Shown: in pieces, positions 17,936 through 20,000 of the stretch
Layout of the letters: each line of letters starts with the position of its first letter
How positions within the stretch are numbered: the first letter of the stretch is position 1
Source of the DNA: an uncultured virus (IMG/VR IMGVR_UViG_3300027714_000006)
Taxonomy: Duplodnaviria; Heunggongvirae; Uroviricota; Caudoviricetes
IMG/VR virus record: IMGVR_UViG_3300027714_000006
Reading direction: 5' to 3' (one strand)
Length of the DNA: 20,000 bases
The notes under the pieces: model-generated
Databases searched by the model: none
What the model was told of the DNA's origin: nothing
The model's input: only the letters and a program-made list of their open reading frames with translations
Made by a program: the position numbers and the translations under genes

Positions 17936-20000
17936 TGGAAAAGATTAATATAAAAATAAAAAGAAAACTTTACCCTGGAAGAACTGATGTTATTCCACCA
18001 CAATTACCTGTGGCCTACCAACCGTACACATCTAAAGATGTCCCCTCAGGTCAAAAATGTGAGGACTGTTTCTTCTTTCAAAACGGGTTTTGTGATTATT
18101 GGAAAGCTCCAGTAGAAAAGGATTATTGGTGTAAAACATGGAGAAATACTGCTCCAGTTAGAGGAGAGGGACCAACACCACCATGTGTGTCAGGAGCAAC
18201 AGTAACACTTTGTTTAACTGAAGACTTTAACGATATAGGGGTATATACACCTTTTGATGGTATGGTATTACAAAGAGATGTTGTAACAAACTTTGTTTAT
18301 ACTGGGAACGGTTACAATGTTACGGTCTTTAATAGCTCAGATTTCCAATTTAAAAAATTCTTAGAATTCTCAAACTATACATTGAATTGGGGTGACGGTT
18401 CTACCATAGACGACCTATCAATAGCAACACCAATATCTACACATACATACCTACCTAATTTAACTGGGTATACGATGACATTACAACAAATAAACCCATG
18501 GGGGACAGTATACGTTTCAAAACATATAACTCTACCATATACCATGAATTATCCTTCAGCTGGTAATATGTTTGGTACCATAGAACTAAAACCCCCAGGG
18601 TTTGAAACACCTATTGGGTGTGAAAGTATATTCCAAGACTATATCTTTAGCGGGGATAGTAACCCTGATGTGATGGACCATTTTAGTAACGCACAAGCTA
18701 ATTTCGGTACGACTATGCCTTTTTATATAACTGGAGAAAGTGAGAGTCATTTAACAATATTACAAAACTGGGGACCTAATATGTATGTGGTTGGGGCAAC
18801 AGTACCTTTAAACGGTGCTGATGGTAGTGGTGTAATTAATTATATAACAGATATAGCTACAGGTTATACCGTTAATGATATATTATATATTGACACTTCT
18901 GGTGGTACAACGTTTAGTGGGTATACCTACGGTTTAGATTATAAAAATTTAGACCACATATGTTGTAACTACACACCAGTATCACCATGTCCGTGTCCTA
19001 ATTCCACTGGTGCATTTATAGGGTGGTTTGGTGTATGGCAATCACCACCACCGCCATCAGCTCTTGCTGTGGGAAGTGCTACTGATTATGATGCTGGGAT
19101 GATAGTGGAATGGGTTAACCAAGCCGGACAAACACAGTGTTATTGGAGAACAGGATACGATGTTAGTAGTAGTGTTGGTATTGAACCTTCTGCACAGTCT
19201 GGACATTGGGAAGAATGTGCAAGTAGTTTTATTAGTCCCCCATTAAAAAGACAAGGATTTTCTTTAAATGCAAATAAAAACGATAATAGACATTGGTCAC
19301 ACCTATTAACAGATAATTTTACACCTCAGGATTATTTAAGACAGGAATTACGTAAACAAAAAGCTTTAACATCAGAACCACAACCACAATATAGACAGAA
19401 AATAGGTAGTGGGCCTAATTACTGTTGTTCAGCTCAAATAGATAGATATGGGTACGCTTTGACTGTAGATATGCAGTTTAACAAGAGAGTAATGCAAGGA
19501 TTTAGTATGGACCAATATTACTGTGATTGTAATTATAGTAACGTACCTCAAGATTGGTATACCGGTACTTTTAGTGTATCTGCAAATGACCCACCTAGTC
19601 ATGTTATTAGACCTTATGCCGGTACTGTTGGTTCTAATGGTGTTGGTTCCGGTGCCTGTGACCCAACTACTGCCCCAACTACAAATGCACCGATGGGTAT
19701 TACTTGTGCTGGGCATCCAGACAATTGGGGTGCTGCCTACACACCAGCAACGGGAGGAAGAACTTATTATGAGGTAGATGCTGGTGATTATTGGCAAAAC
19801 AAAAATTCAGGAACATTATGGCCAAACTATGGAGATGGAAACTACGACACCACCTACGGTGGAGATGCTTGGAGACATCACTCATGTACCCCTTATGTTT
19901 ATGGGTGTTTGGACGACGGTAACCAATACAGTTCCAACGGTGACCCAATGGATTCATTCATACCATCAAACCCAGCAGGTGCTGGTGTTGTAGCGGATAA
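17935..20000 (+). CDS. Large multidomain Cys-rich putative virion (fibre/baseplate appendage) protein, 3'-truncated, at least 688 aa; HiPIP-like, PKD-like and CBM5/12-like segments
   Basis: Absent from the ORF track because it has no stop in the window. ATG overlaps the previous stop (TAATG, 17933-17937). Hand translation is open to the window end: MEKINIKIKRKLYPGRTDVIPPQLPVAYQPYTSKDVPSGQKCEDCFFFQNGFCDYWKAPVEKDYWCKTW...YVYGCLDDG...AGVVAD. Confidence 0.88.
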   Translation, partial: MEKINIKIKRKLYPGRTDVIPPQLPVAYQPYTSKDVPSGQKCEDCFFFQNGFCDYWKAPVEKDYWCKTWRNTAPVRGEGPTPPCVSGATVTLCLTEDFNDIGVYTPFDGMVLQRDVVTNFVYTGNGYNVTVFNSSDFQFKKFLEFSNYTLNWGDGSTIDDLSIATPISTHTYLPNLTGYTMTLQQINPWGTVYVSKHITLPYTMNYPSAGNMFGTIELKPPGFETPIGCESIFQDYIFSGDSNPDVMDHFSNAQANFGTTMPFYITGESESHLTILQNWGPNMYVVGATVPLNGADGSGVINYITDIATGYTVNDILYIDTSGGTTFSGYTYGLDYKNLDHICCNYTPVSPCPCPNSTGAFIGWFGVWQSPPPPSALAVGSATDYDAGMIVEWVNQAGQTQCYWRTGYDVSSSVGIEPSAQSGHWEECASSFISPPLKRQGFSLNANKNDNRHWSHLLTDNFTPQDYLRQELRKQKALTSEPQPQYRQKIGSGPNYCCSAQIDRYGYALTVDMQFNKRVMQGFSMDQYYCDCNYSNVPQDWYTGTFSVSANDPPSHVIRPYAGTVGSNGVGSGACDPTTAPTTNAPMGITCAGHPDNWGAAYTPATGGRTYYEVDAGDYWQNKNSGTLWPNYGDGNYDTTYGGDAWRHHSCTPYVYGCLDDGNQYSSNGDPMDSFIPSNPAGAGVVAD

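Noticed and set aside
1110..19957. All minus-strand ORFs in the supplied track
   Set aside because: They are short, lie antisense to well-supported plus-strand genes and have no motifs, so they are shadow ORFs.
19523..19993. Plus-strand ORFs 19523-19777 (hydrophobic) and 19778-19993
   Set aside because: They are alternative frames inside the long ORF starting at 17935. The apparent holin-like hydrophobicity is a frame artefact of Gly/Thr codons.
1..20000. Stop-codon reassignment as in some large phages
   Set aside because: Genes are full-length and densely packed in the standard code. TAG (5718, 9075, 15311, 17058) and TGA (9253) fall at plausible gene ends.
9501..20000. Bacterial contractile injection system (eCIS/T6SS) instead of a phage
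   Set aside because: The baseplate genes adjoin phage-type SSB, UvsX, helicase and RNR genes, and no bacterial housekeeping genes are present.
1..20000. CRISPR arrays, tRNAs, cobalamin riboswitch or DGR repeats
   Set aside because: The largest intergenic gap is about 120 nt, nrdJ has only a 5-nt gap upstream, and no such repeats or structures were seen by eye.

Overview
The window is an AT-rich, all plus-strand segment of a large contractile-tailed (myovirus-type) dsDNA phage genome in the standard genetic code. The host is plausibly Bacteroidota, inferred from A-rich leaders without Shine-Dalgarno sites, an SSB ending in DEDLPF and a YGCxD-type repeat. From left to right: the 3' end of a baseplate-hub-like protein fused to a T7-lysozyme-type amidase; two probable head/scaffold-type ORFs; an intrinsic terminator; a replication/recombination block (gp32-like SSB, RecA/UvsX, 5'-3' flap exonuclease, hypothetical protein, DnaB-like helicase, class II B12-dependent ribonucleotide reductase, two small Cys-rich proteins); baseplate genes (gp25-like, gp6/J-like); and four translationally coupled large structural proteins. 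The last of these (17935 to beyond 20000, at least 688 aa) is missing from the supplied ORF track and was translated by hand. The most interesting observations are: (1) a HiPIP-like four-Cys domain inserted into the N-terminus of that last protein; (2) an N-terminal module shared by the four tandem structural proteins; (3) two long hydrophobic, membrane-like blocks in the 1144-aa protein; (4) a TATTTAT motif starting 20-22 nt upstream of four start codons. All family assignments come from motif recognition by eye, with no database searches.
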